Of a DNA stretch of 64,000 nt, positions 27,382 to 37,812 are shown one piece after another. The DNA comes from an uncultured virus (IMG/VR IMGVR_UViG_3300037088_000332) (lineage: Duplodnaviria; Heunggongvirae; Uroviricota; Caudoviricetes). Under the pieces are notes generated by a model that was not told the origin of the DNA, did no database searches, and saw only the letters and a program-made list of their open reading frames with translations. A program made the translations under genes and the position numbers. Positions within the stretch are counted from its first letter, which is position 1; every line of letters begins with the position of its first letter. The stretch lies in the IMG/VR virus record IMGVR_UViG_3300037088_000332, one strand, 5' to 3'.

Positions 27382-27660
27382 TTGTCTCTCTATGATGCTG
27401 GTAGTGCAGTCAAGGTTTCCTTGTTCCCTCTCAAACTGAGTACTTCTCATCAGGAAACAGTGTTGCCCACAACTAGCCTAGACCTCGGCAACCCGCAGCA
27501 GCGTCTTTTGACCCGCTGTACCCTACCAGCAAACTTGCTGGCGGCAAGTCTGGGTAACTCTTCTTTCCAGCAACTCAAGCCGCCTTAGCTGGCCACCTTA
27601 GTGGTGTCTTTCTCCTACACTCATATAATACCTTCGGTAGTCGTGGTTTTCAGGAAATTT

Positions 27661-27915
27661 TTATTTTACCGGTGCTGCGGGACCCGTTGGACCTGTGGGA
27701 CCCTGAAGCGGATACTCACAGCGTTTAGCTAGCACAAAGCCTTCTGGCGTGGTCTTGAACACATTTCCGCCCGACACTAACAGGGTTCGAGAAATAAGTT
27801 GGGTCTTATATTCGTTGTACCATTTTTCGGCCGCAGCCACGTTGTTGAAGTCTCGTCCTACTCCTGCTAACCCTGCTGGGACAGGTTCGGGAAACTCCCA
27901 GAAAATCGTCGGCAT
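27661..27915 (-). CDS. hypothetical protein with short GPT collagen-like tail
   Basis: SD GGAAGG; QGPTGPTGP. Confidence 0.7.
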   Translation of the reverse strand: MPTIFWEFPEPVPAGLAGVGRDFNNVAAAEKWYNEYKTQLISRTLLVSGGNVFKTTPEGFVLAKRCEYPLQGPTGPTGPAAPVK

Positions 27916-27916
27916 A

Positions 27917-28153
27917 TTACCTTCCAGATCTAAATTTGACTCCTCGATAACTCGTTTGCGTCCCGTCGCTTATACGTCCCTCCCGTGCATGGTACAAGGA
28001 TGTGCCCCTCTTGCACGATTGGCGGAACCAAGCGCACACCGTCTGGTGCAAGACGAAGGTGTTAAGCTCGCAGAACACCATGTAGCAGTACTCGCCCTGG
28101 CAGTGCGGGCAGTACTAGAGGTGGAGGCGGCACTCCTTGCAGCGTCGTCTCAT
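27917..28153 (-). pseudogene. Zn-finger ORF interrupted by an in-frame TAG
   Basis: MRRRCKECRLHL*YCPHCQGEYC..., ATGA-coupled to the upstream gene; TAG at 28115-28117. Confidence 0.5.
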
Positions 28154-28680
28154 CTCAGCCCGGTGAATAGCAAGTTCGGTCCGTCAATTTCTTCCAGTGC
28201 CCGTACTAGAACGGCCGCAACCTTGACAAAGCTATTCAGGGTAGCCCCTTGGTTTTCACATATCCAGTTACTTCTGGCCAGATAGATTCTATTCTCCACC
28301 AATAGCAGATGGGGGGCGGAGAACTTGTACTGGCCAGCCATGCCCTCGGTCCTCCAGCATCTACCATCCTGATAGTCTTGCTCGGCGCTAACAGCCGATA
28401 TAATCTCGTGCTGGGTCATAAAGTGACCGCTTTTGTCAACAATCTCCTCCAGTGCCCGGAAGGCTATGGTCGCCATCTTGGCGATGGTCTTTAAGACACC
28501 GACCTCGTCCTGTGATTTCGTCCACAACGCCCTTGCCTTGGTCGCATATTCCTCCAGCAGGAGCAGGTGGGGAGCGGCGTAGGCATACTGTTTTATGAGC
28601 GGGTGGTTGTCCCGTGGCCATTTCCCGTTCTGGTACTCCCGTTCCTTCTCGATTACCTTGTAGACCGTCCCCCTGTCCAT
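28150..28680 (-). CDS. tandem-duplicated helical domain protein (MazG-like, tentative)
   Basis: Two repeats: E..YQ.G.W...Y...APHLLL.E...AR..W...K.A....RALEEI. Confidence 0.7.
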   Translation of the reverse strand: MDRGTVYKVIEKEREYQNGKWPRDNHPLIKQYAYAAPHLLLLEEYATKARALWTKSQDEVGVLKTIAKMATIAFRALEEIVDKSGHFMTQHEIISAVSAEQDYQDGRCWRTEGMAGQYKFSAPHLLLVENRIYLARSNWICENQGATLNSFVKVAAVLVRALEEIDGPNLLFTGLR

Positions 28681-28691
28681 AGCATTTTTCC

Positions 28692-29153
28692 TCAGTCCAA
28701 GCCGTCAATCGGTCCCGTGGAACCGATGACCATCCACCGGCAGCGCCTCCCCAAGGTAACCTTCTGCCGTTCCTTCATGTTGGGGAAGGTCTCCTTGCGG
28801 TCTTTCTCCATCCATTTCTCCGACAGGGTCTCGCTGGCGTTGACACGCTTGAAGGTCTTGAAGGGAATGTACCGTGCGCCGAAGCTGGAGACATACACCT
28901 TGCCTTTGTGGAAGGTGTAGGCATAGTCGGTGGTGCAGGAGTCCTCCCATGGCCACGGCCAGCCGTCCTTCGGTCGGGTAACGTCGTTCCGGTCGTTCTC
29001 AAAGAACGCCTCTACCCGCTTGCGGTAGGTCTTCTCCGTCTTGGCGGTGAAGATTCTGGGGGCGATGCCCTCGGGGTAGCCGTCCCATGCGATGCTTCCA
29101 ATCCATTCCGCATCGCTTCCCTTGCCGACATAGAAGTCTGCTCTGGTTCCCAT
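28692..29153 (-). CDS. conserved hypothetical phage protein
   Basis: MGTRADFYVG..WIGSIAWDGYPEG..GWPWPWEDS; SD GGAGG. Confidence 0.8.
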   Translation of the reverse strand: MGTRADFYVGKGSDAEWIGSIAWDGYPEGIAPRIFTAKTEKTYRKRVEAFFENDRNDVTRPKDGWPWPWEDSCTTDYAYTFHKGKVYVSSFGARYIPFKTFKRVNASETLSEKWMEKDRKETFPNMKERQKVTLGRRCRWMVIGSTGPIDGLD

Positions 29154-29833
29154 CGTTATTCCTCCTCGGTCCAATGTTCCTTGATGACTGATACGAGCCT
29201 CTTCACCATTTTATCCACCGTGGCGTGGTCTACATCGTCGTAGTCCACTGCCAACCGTAGCTCAGCATACTTGCCAAGTTCAATGACGAAGCTCTTGTCA
29301 ATCTGTGTGTGCGGCTCGACCCTTATTCGCATAAAATGCTTCTTTTGCCTCTTCCTCGGATTTATGTATCAACTGGGCTACAGGACCATTGTGGTGTTCC
29401 TCTGTCAGCTTCTTGAGGAGTTTCTCATCTTTTTCGCAGAGCTTGCCTCGCAGGTCCATTTTCCTATAACATAAACTTGTGTCTTTCCGGGAATGGTAAG
29501 CATAAATCACCGCGAATGGACAGTATGGCTGGAGTTTCGCATCATGCCGCCTACCACTAGCTCCAGTCCCCCGACCCCAGCGTGCCCTTTCTTACCCTAA
29601 ACATTACCGCATGCTGCCAAGCTTTGGAGAGAAGAACCGGATAAGCATAAGGTGCCTAGACTACGTTCTAACGCCGTGGCGTAGTAGTCGAAAACAGAGG
29701 AAGTTGCAGCCCGCTCCAGTGGCTCGGAAGTATAGTAGCTTGGCTCCCATTGCTGAGTAAATCCACGGTTAATCTTCGGTTCTTCCCACATCTCAATGAC
29801 TATTTTTGCAGCGCCGATACTTGAATCTTTGTT

Positions 29834-30352
29834 TTAGTGATTTCGGGTCTTGCCCGGCTTATAGATGCTGTTCAGGAGGGTGACAAAGGCGTTCAACCCC
29901 TCCTGTGTGTCGATGTGGTAATTGTCCACGGCGAACCCTTCATACCATTCCAGCGGTGATGGGCACTCGCAATGACCCGCCACCCGTACTTGCTGCCCCC
30001 ATACCCTATGGAACTCCTCGGCTACGTCTGGGGGGACGCCCGCTCCCTCCGCCCGATAGTAATACCACGCCCGTTCAAACTTCCAGCGGTGCCAAAATCC
30101 AATGATTCCGGTGGGGACTTCCCTCTGTCTGAAAGAGTCTCCCATGTTGATGGCACCTTGACGTGCCTCTCCTAAGTTGGCATAGGGAAGACCAGCCGTC
30201 TCAAGCTCCCTGCGGACGACGGAGTCTACCTCCTCGAAGATTGCCTTGAGTTGGCTCACCAACAAGCCTTCTGTGTGCTTGGCAAGGTTAGGAAATACTC
30301 CGAATTTGGCATTGCTGGGACATAACCCCCCAGCGTTTGTGATTAGCGTCAC
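29834..30352 (-). CDS. hypothetical protein
   Basis: 172 aa; WKFERAWYY..YHIDTQEGL. Confidence 0.75.
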   Translation of the reverse strand: MTLITNAGGLCPSNAKFGVFPNLAKHTEGLLVSQLKAIFEEVDSVVRRELETAGLPYANLGEARQGAINMGDSFRQREVPTGIIGFWHRWKFERAWYYYRAEGAGVPPDVAEEFHRVWGQQVRVAGHCECPSPLEWYEGFAVDNYHIDTQEGLNAFVTLLNSIYKPGKTRNH

Positions 30353-30383
30353 GGTATCCTTCGAGTTACGGTTGTACTTACGG

Positions 30384-31031
30384 TTAGATGTTCAACTCCC
30401 AGCCACGCTTCCGGTTAAGACCCAGCAACGCTAGAAGCCCGAGGAAGTCCGCTGTGAGCATTAGACTCATGGGAGACTCGGGTGTGGTGACCAAGAATTG
30501 CTGCGGGCGTCCACCCTCCGTCTGTGTCCCTACTATGGGCGTATAGAAACCCACGTTGGGGGTATACACGCCAGCGTAGTTAATAGCGTTGTCATACAAG
30601 ATTTGAGCGTCGGGAGCATTGCCGAGATAAGGCACGACCGCAGGGTCAAATACTGCCCATATGGCAGCGTTGACCGCAACGTCGTTTGAGCCGTTAAGCT
30701 GGGTGTACAGCCAAGCCGCCTCATTATAGTCGGCAGCGGGGTTGGTCACGTTGAGGTAGTTGGATGAGGCTGCCAACGAAGTCGTCTGGAGGTCAGCCTG
30801 CCAGCTTTCTCCGACATAGATGGTGTCCATCCAGTCGTCGCATAGCAGTAGTATGTTGGGATTCCCGTTGATGGTGAAAACATAGGGATAGGCATAGGGC
30901 GTTTCCCCTGGACCCGAAAAGGTGTTGCTCGGACCAACTCCCGTGAGGGTAAGGGTGTCAGAGAAAGCAGCCATGGAGACAAACAACACGACCACCAGTA
31001 AGAGCAGTGAAACAAGACTTAATTTCTTCAT
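30384..31031 (-). CDS. PEP-CTERM-like surface protein
   Basis: Signal peptide; LLCDDW..IYVGESWQA; C-terminal TPES + hydrophobic helix + RKR; SD AGGAGG. Confidence 0.8.
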   Translation of the reverse strand: MKKLSLVSLLLLVVVLFVSMAAFSDTLTLTGVGPSNTFSGPGETPYAYPYVFTINGNPNILLLCDDWMDTIYVGESWQADLQTTSLAASSNYLNVTNPAADYNEAAWLYTQLNGSNDVAVNAAIWAVFDPAVVPYLGNAPDAQILYDNAINYAGVYTPNVGFYTPIVGTQTEGGRPQQFLVTTPESPMSLMLTADFLGLLALLGLNRKRGWELNI

Positions 31032-31767
31032 TTTTATCTTTCCTCCTGTAGAATAATACGGTAGTTACGTCTTTTTTCCTATTTCCGTGAGACCGCTTAT
31101 GTCTCGCTGGCACCAGCAAGTGACCTTGCAGCATTCAGGCTCACTGTGCTCATGCTTTTGATGACACCTATGGTCGTGGGGCGTCATCAATCCTGATATC
31201 CCTTGCTCTTGTAAAAGGGCGAGGACCTCTCTCGATTCTTTACGGTTTGCCTCCACTATTTCTTGGAGGAACGTCTTTTGCTTGGACAGGAACTCCAGCC
31301 TCTTCCATAGGTCCAACACCCTCATGAACATAGCCTCCGTTCCGTAGTTCTACCGGGACTTAAAGGCGACTTGACCAAGCAGTTCGTGCCTTTCCGGTGG
31401 CGTGAATTTGTTCCATCCGTGCCCTGTTCGGATTTCCTCCGACTCTATGAAGTCAATCGCAACCACATGGTCGGCGAGGGCATAGCGGAAGTCAGGCTCT
31501 GATTCCCCTTCGTTTGGCTGGCGGAACTTGTGTATCTCCGCTGCGGCCTTTAACGATTCCATATTCGGAAAGTCCATCGGCATAATAGTCACCCTTTCTT
31601 GGTTTCACAGTTAATGTCATTTTTCGCATTCGTTGCATACAGCGTTGTTTCCCGAAACGCAGCAGTCCAACCCGCGCTTGCCGCATACGACACATTCGTA
31701 AACTGGCTCAGGGTCCCGCTCGGGATAATTGCTTCCGCAGCACGGACAAGTATTGGCAAGCTCCTCG

Positions 31768-32805
31768 TTATTTTGAGGTCTTACTGGTGACTTTTTTGAC
31801 CTTGGCATGGGTCACCTTGTTTGGCTTTCTCCCCGATTTACAGGGCGGCTTTACCATCTGTGGCCACTTGAGGATGCGCTTCCAGATGTCCTTGGTGAGG
31901 CTGACATATGCCTTCTTGAGGTAACGGATGGCTAGTTTGACTTCCTCTTCTTTGATGTTCTTGATGACCACGGCACGCCCGCAGCCCTTCCGGGGGTGGA
32001 GAATCCATAGGACTAGTTCGAGGCGGGGCTCTAAGGCGGTGTAGATGTACCCACCACCCTTGCAGGTCTCGCAGTAGTGGGGGATGCCGAGGCGCTTGAG
32101 GCGTGCCTTGCAGCAAACCAGCCGGTTGATGGCGTCGTGCCCGAGTCCCTTGCGTTCTCTCGCCCACAGGTTGACTGCTTCGGCGGTCGGTTTGTCTTTG
32201 AACTCCAGACCGAGCCGCTTGTTCTCCCACAAGGCATCAACCTCGTCCTGCGTGAGGTTCGTGGACCACTCTCCGCCATTGCTGATGGTGTCCATGCAAT
32301 GCTCGGTGAACGGCTCCCCATACTTGGCTACCATGGCAAGATAGGGGTCATTCTTGGGACCTTGCCCACGAGGGATTACGCTCTGGATGGGGCTTGAACC
32401 ACACATTCGTTCCACAACCATTTTGGTCTGGTACTCGGCGAAGTCTGGCGTGGTGAACGGACTGGAATGCTTGTACCAGCTTTCCGTAACCCACTGTGCG
32501 TCCGGGTGCGCCCCGATTCCCCCGCAGGTCTCGCACTGCTTGCTATCCCGGTCAATGTGGAAATAGAAGTTGGCGATGACGTTCAGGTCGTTGGGCTCCC
32601 ACTTGAAGTCCGTCCAAATTTCAATGAAGTGGTTCTGCGACCAGCCGTAGTCCCGCCCCTTCTGCTGGACCATGTAATCCTCGTGTGGTCCCCATCCCAT
32701 GTAGGAGGGGTTCAAGGTTAGGGCACGGAGCATCCACGGCTTCGCTCCCAGTTCCTCGGCGTCCTTCAAGGCGTCTGGGTCTTTCTGGTCAATAGGATAT
32801 CTCAC
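31768..32805 (-). CDS. hypothetical protein with DnaJ-type CxxCxGxG repeats
   Basis: CETCGGIG and CETCKGGG; WILHPRKGCGR. Confidence 0.75.
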   Translation of the reverse strand: MRYPIDQKDPDALKDAEELGAKPWMLRALTLNPSYMGWGPHEDYMVQQKGRDYGWSQNHFIEIWTDFKWEPNDLNVIANFYFHIDRDSKQCETCGGIGAHPDAQWVTESWYKHSSPFTTPDFAEYQTKMVVERMCGSSPIQSVIPRGQGPKNDPYLAMVAKYGEPFTEHCMDTISNGGEWSTNLTQDEVDALWENKRLGLEFKDKPTAEAVNLWARERKGLGHDAINRLVCCKARLKRLGIPHYCETCKGGGYIYTALEPRLELVLWILHPRKGCGRAVVIKNIKEEEVKLAIRYLKKAYVSLTKDIWKRILKWPQMVKPPCKSGRKPNKVTHAKVKKVTSKTSK

Positions 32806-33428
32806 AGTCGGTTGTTTCCTCTCTTAGCCGAAAATTGGGAAGTACTCGATTATGTAGTTCATCAGGGCGTCGGCAGCCTTGTCCTCTTGATGCTTCTTGA
32901 GGTAGTTCACGACTCTCACCAATACCGTTCTTATCGCTGCTTTGCTTTTCATGGCTACCCCCTTGCCTTTCTGGCGTTTATCTGCCGTGAGTGCCGTTGT
33001 GTCTGGCGCTTCGCCCGGCGCTTTCTCGGTTGGTGGTAGTATACCATTGTGCCCTTCTTGGTGACACGGTCGGGTGTAACCTCGTGTGTCCCCAAATGCT
33101 CGGTGATGAAGGAGAGGACTTCCCCGAGGGTTCCTACCTTCTTTTCCTCTTCCTCTTTTGGCGTATGCGTTTCGAGAAATGTCCTATCCCCTGGTGATAC
33201 AACCATCTGTTTCTGCATCAGGTTCCTCCGATTCAGGCGAGTTTGGGATGAGTGCAATGCGGTTGGATGTGCAGAAATAAGCGAGTAGCACTCCATTATC
33301 AGTTACAACCAAGGGGAGAGACTCGCTCTCCTCGCATAGCCGCCAGAAGTGTGGTTCTGGCTTGTGGCTTCTCGGTATTATGTCAAAGCGGTATGCCTCG
33401 TACCGACCACTCCGTTTGATTTCGATAA

Positions 33429-34106
33429 TCATAAGGCATCCTTGATTCCGGTCATTACGGGAGCCGTAGCTTCTGGTTCCTTTAGCTGCTGCACGTCGTC
33501 GGCTATGACCTCAACCTGCGCCACGTCGCCATCCTTGGGGTACTTAATGGTATAATACAGCCAGTAGTCCTTGACGGTCGCCTTGAAGGTGACCCCGCCA
33601 CCGTAGTGCCCCCCACCCTTGTTGTGGTCGGACACGGCGAAGAGGACGGCTTTCCCCTCAGGAATAAGCTCTGCGTCCAAGACGGCAATGTCGGCGTTGG
33701 GAACCATGCGGGTGCCCTCGGGAGTTCCGACCATATAATAGCCGTTTCTACTTTTGTCAAGAACCGTGGCGTTTACAACACCATAGCTGTAGGCGGGGGA
33801 CTTGACAACGACCTTGGTGCCGTTCGGAAGCTGGTCGATGTCATCCTGTTCTTCCCCATTAGAACACCGGGAACAATTACACTCTTTCTGGTCGTAGAGG
33901 TCGTCAAGAGGCTCCTCCAAGGTTTCACTGTACGCAGGCTTTTTTGCAAAAGTCCGTTGGATGGCCGCACCGATGCTATAGAGGCTGGAAATTTTGGATG
34001 GGAAGTAGCGGACGATGACGATGGTCAAAAGCAGTTCAAACAGCCCGTAGCTGAGCCATCCAGCGAGAAAGTCAATGTTGATATGCATAAGTATTTGTTC
34101 CTCCAC
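33429..34106 (-). CDS. membrane-anchored hypothetical protein
   Basis: N-terminal hydrophobic segment; promoter motif immediately upstream. Confidence 0.7.
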   Translation of the reverse strand: MEEQILMHINIDFLAGWLSYGLFELLLTIVIVRYFPSKISSLYSIGAAIQRTFAKKPAYSETLEEPLDDLYDQKECNCSRCSNGEEQDDIDQLPNGTKVVVKSPAYSYGVVNATVLDKSRNGYYMVGTPEGTRMVPNADIAVLDAELIPEGKAVLFAVSDHNKGGGHYGGGVTFKATVKDYWLYYTIKYPKDGDVAQVEVIADDVQQLKEPEATAPVMTGIKDAL

Positions 34107-34651
34107 TTATAGTATACATCGGGCGAAGACTTTTCTGGGGGATTATTGGTTGTCTTCTTCAGCCCACTCGTACAGCAAGGAGAAGGCAACCTTGGTCACG
34201 AAGAAGGAATGCCCTTGCCCGACCTCGGTGTTCCACCTGGCGACCGAGGCGTTCTGGCACATGCCTTGGTAGTAGGCACCGTGCGCAAGGCGGTCCTTGG
34301 GAATCGTGGTTTCGCTCATTTTTAACCTATAAGCTCAAACACCAAGTAGTTGCCATCGCCTGACACGCTTGGTTCATAGCGACGACCGATATTAAAGTTG
34401 TTCCGGTAGACCACATTGTACTCTTTAACTTCCTTCGGGGCGACCAGCCGGGCTACCAGATTGATGGCATCTTCGTACTTCAGCGCAGCCTGTACACTTG
34501 CATCTGAAGCCGCCCGCATCGCTTTGAATGCATTGGCGATTGGGTCCTTGTGCTTATCGGGGATTGTTGCTACGTGGAATTTTCTCATAGTTCCCTCCAA
34601 GGATACATTACTGAGTTTTTCAAGGAATATTGTAAAAATTCCGTGTGGCCA

Positions 34652-35383
34652 TTACTCTGTTGAACAGAATATGCATTTTAATTCCTTAATCCCCCTGGAG
34701 ACATGCCAGCGAGTATGCCTACCTTTATCTGCCCTCAGCCTACGTTCCTTGCTATAGAGTTTGGGGTTTCCTCTAAGCCCCTTAGAAATGGCCAATTTAT
34801 GGGAACCAGAGAGATGATGTCCTCTTTTCCTATGTCGCATTTTTTCAATTTGTTCGTGACGCCAGTTAGGGTCAGCCCATCCTTTTTTAAGCCCTTCACG
34901 CATTTTGGCACCGGCTATAACACGTAACTCTGGATGGGCATCCCACTTTTGTTTCTTGGCTTTGACCAACTTAGCAGTCGTTTCAGTACGATATCTACGG
35001 TCGCTCCACATCAATTTGTGGGTTTTAGACATTCGAACACGAGTCTCTAGGGATACAGGTCCCGTGAATCCCTCCCCTCCTCGACAGATGTTGTAGCCAT
35101 ATTCGGAGTCTTGAGCTTTGAGGAACTTGATAAAGTCTTGTTCAGTTTCGTCAAGTTCGGGTTTGGTCTGGATATCCGACCGAAGGGCATGAATGGACCA
35201 AGCAGAAGGGTCTGGGTGTTTTCGCATGGAGCGAAACAAGCGGGAACATTCGGATACTCCTGTTCGAGCGTGACTAAACTTCTGCTGTAGGTACCTTTTT
35301 AAGCTGCTTCCCTTATGCTGACCAACATAATATTTACCAGTTTTATGGTTTACGATGAGATAGATGAACATAACAACTCCCAT
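34652..35383 (-). CDS. GIY-YIG homing endonuclease
   Basis: FIYLIVNHKTGKYYVGQ ... E..FI ... GYNICRGG; NUMOD3-like tail. Confidence 0.9.
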   Translation of the reverse strand: MGVVMFIYLIVNHKTGKYYVGQHKGSSLKRYLQQKFSHARTGVSECSRLFRSMRKHPDPSAWSIHALRSDIQTKPELDETEQDFIKFLKAQDSEYGYNICRGGEGFTGPVSLETRVRMSKTHKLMWSDRRYRTETTAKLVKAKKQKWDAHPELRVIAGAKMREGLKKGWADPNWRHEQIEKMRHRKRGHHLSGSHKLAISKGLRGNPKLYSKERRLRADKGRHTRWHVSRGIKELKCIFCSTE

Positions 35384-35404
35384 TTAAGGAAATGAAAGTT
35401 GTTT

Positions 35405-35752
35405 TTATTTTCTCATAAGCTCGATATACCACTTGGGCGGCCAATCAAGGTTGGATTTCCAAAAATGTGGGTAGCTGTCAATGCCAATACGTTGCACCGC
35501 CATACAATGGTCACTCCAGCAGCGGGCGTCTGGTACCTGCCAACGCTGGCTGCCGTCACGGCTCCAGTTGTAGACTTCGTTCCTAGGGCAACTGCGGAAA
35601 TGGGGCATTTCGAGGTCGGGGTTGGTCGCCATCATGCGGGCGATGTGGTTCTGGACATGGCGGACACCACGATGAGCAAGCTTCTTGTCTTCTTTAGCGG
35701 AGCAGTTTCCCGTTACGGAAGCAAAGGGCTGATGACGGTAGCTTCTTGACAT
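35405..35752 (-). CDS. conserved hypothetical phage protein (MSRSYR...MRK)
   Basis: SD GGAGG. Confidence 0.75.
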   Translation of the reverse strand: MSRSYRHQPFASVTGNCSAKEDKKLAHRGVRHVQNHIARMMATNPDLEMPHFRSCPRNEVYNWSRDGSQRWQVPDARCWSDHCMAVQRIGIDSYPHFWKSNLDWPPKWYIELMRK

Positions 35753-36146
35753 AGTTTGTTCCTCCCTATGTCATGGTGTCCTCCGATGTATTTTTCTCTA
35801 TGATATGCATACTTACGCTTCCGCTAGTCGATTTCTTTAAGCGGAACATAAATTGTGGCTGTAAGGGATGACAAGGGTTCTCTTGTGCGTCCATAGGATG
35901 GTGACCATGTTGGACGATGTAGGTCCAAGTCTCCCGCATCTCCTGCTTGACATCATCCTTAAGTCCCCACAGGAGTTGGTTGAATCCTGCCCGGCTGCCG
36001 AGGTCGCACAGGAGGGCTTGGACGACTTTCTGTGCCTTCTTGTTTTTCACTATACCCTCACTTTTCACCGATAATTCACCGACTACTTAATCTTGGAAAA
36101 TACGCCGTGGCAAGCCCTGTATTTACGGTCAACATTTTGAGGATGT

Positions 36147-36650
36147 TCAAGGAAATTCCATACCTCTAAACTTTAGCCAGTCAATCTCCTGAGGACTTAG
36201 AGGACATGGGGGTGGGTCTCCCGGCTTCCATTTATGGCTATGGTCAGGGAGATTGTTGAAGCTTTTGTCTCGAAAGCCAGCGTGGGTCCAGATGCTCATT
36301 TGAAGCGCATTCAAGAAGTTCCAGATGGCCTGTGGCAAGTGTGGCTCTGACCTGTCTCCCTCAAGGAAGCGCTCGGCGTGGCGGATACCGCTCCCCACAA
36401 GGTCGGCAATCTTCATTCCATTTTCCCAGTTGCGGGTATCACCGTTCCCGTCGCCTTTGTAGTTAGAGTCTTGGGAAAGTTTGTTGAGCCGGTCTCGCTG
36501 TTTGTTGCCTATCTCGTATATGCGACTGACTAAAAATAAAGCTAGAGTCGGCATCCATTGTGGAGCGCCTTTGCCATTTGCACTGTCACGCTGGGCACCG
36601 CCCTCATATTTACGCTCTTCTGTTGAGGTCTTCTTGAATTCTTCGTTCAT
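36147..36650 (-). CDS. dATP/dGTP diphosphohydrolase domain protein (DUF5664-like)
   Basis: GAQRDSANGKG...NWENG...RH...GDRSEPHL...WN. Confidence 0.8.
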   Translation of the reverse strand: MNEEFKKTSTEERKYEGGAQRDSANGKGAPQWMPTLALFLVSRIYEIGNKQRDRLNKLSQDSNYKGDGNGDTRNWENGMKIADLVGSGIRHAERFLEGDRSEPHLPQAIWNFLNALQMSIWTHAGFRDKSFNNLPDHSHKWKPGDPPPCPLSPQEIDWLKFRGMEFP

Positions 36651-37812
36651 ATTTTATAATACCGTCTTGACATAGCTACGCCTCGGGAGAAACCCGTGGC
36701 TCCTTAGTTCGTAGTTCTCCTTCATCCTTGATGTCAGTGCGTTCTTTTCTCGTCCCAATGGGCACCCACCTCTCTTCGTTGTCATCGTAAACCCAACCCA
36801 GCTTAGCCATAGTTTCGTGGTGCTCCCGTTCCTGCTGGTTATCTACGGTATCTAGGTAGTTATTGACAGTCGTTCCAGCAAGTATGCAGATGGCGATGAC
36901 TAAAATCACTATCCCAGCCATTAGACTGTCGTTAAGCTGGACCATGTGTCCTCCTCGGGGGGCGGGACATACCCCTTTTTAATGTCCCACACGTCGTCCG
37001 TAGTCTTGTTGCTTCTCCGCCAAGCCTCAACTGCCTTGGCGGCATTGACTTGGCTGTTGAGGTGGGCAACGACCTGTTCAGACGGGGCGTCCCCTGTTAT
37101 GAGCACCTCGGCGAAGTGGAGGTTAAACTGGATTTCCTTGAGCGCCAGAATCAGACCGAGCGGGTACTTTGACTTAAGTATCATTTTCTAGCTCCTTTTA
37201 GCTATCGGGGGGTTGGAACCCCTATGCCGCTTTGTCTTTGTCTTGGTCATCTGATGCTCCCTTCGTGACATATCCCTTGCCGTTGCAGGTAGGGCAAGTC
37301 TCATGCTCGTCTTTCAGGGGCAGGGATGTCTGGGCGGGGTTGAACGAGCCGCAACCGGCGCACACGGTCTTGCCGCATTCCCCGCACCGGATGTGCCGGT
37401 ACTCGTCGCAGCTACAGGTTGGGGTCTTGTGCTCGCACTTCGGTGTATTCATACAATTCCCCAAGAAGATAAATACGAAGAAATTTGCCATTTTTATGGA
37501 AGATTTTGTAACACATAGGAAACGGTCAGGTAGTCCCTGTCAAGCAGCTTGAAGCTCTGAAGCTCGGCGTCCTTCTGGATGATGCCCCCCTGCTTCAATA
37601 CCTCGAAAAAGGGCAGAAAGCATTCAAGGATGGGGAATACCCGCATATGGGGAAAAAGGACGCAGACCTCTTCAATGTAGGGTGGCCTCACTCCGGTGTA
37701 CTGGGACAGGAGCATGCTCCTTAGATGCTTAGGCTCTTTGGTGAGGTAGCGAAGCATTATTTTTACGTGTCCAGGCAGCCCGATGGACAGCTCTATCTTG
37801 GTCTTTGGAGCC

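Noticed and set aside
27415..27460. Hammerhead ribozyme (CTGATGAG on the minus strand)
   Set aside because: No GAAA directly after stem II and no consistent stems I/III. The 26630-26720 element also lacks the core consensus.
27917..28153. Genome-wide TAG recoding
   Set aside because: Long genes are uninterrupted in code 11, several end in TAG (e.g. the ligase), and no CUA suppressor tRNA was found.
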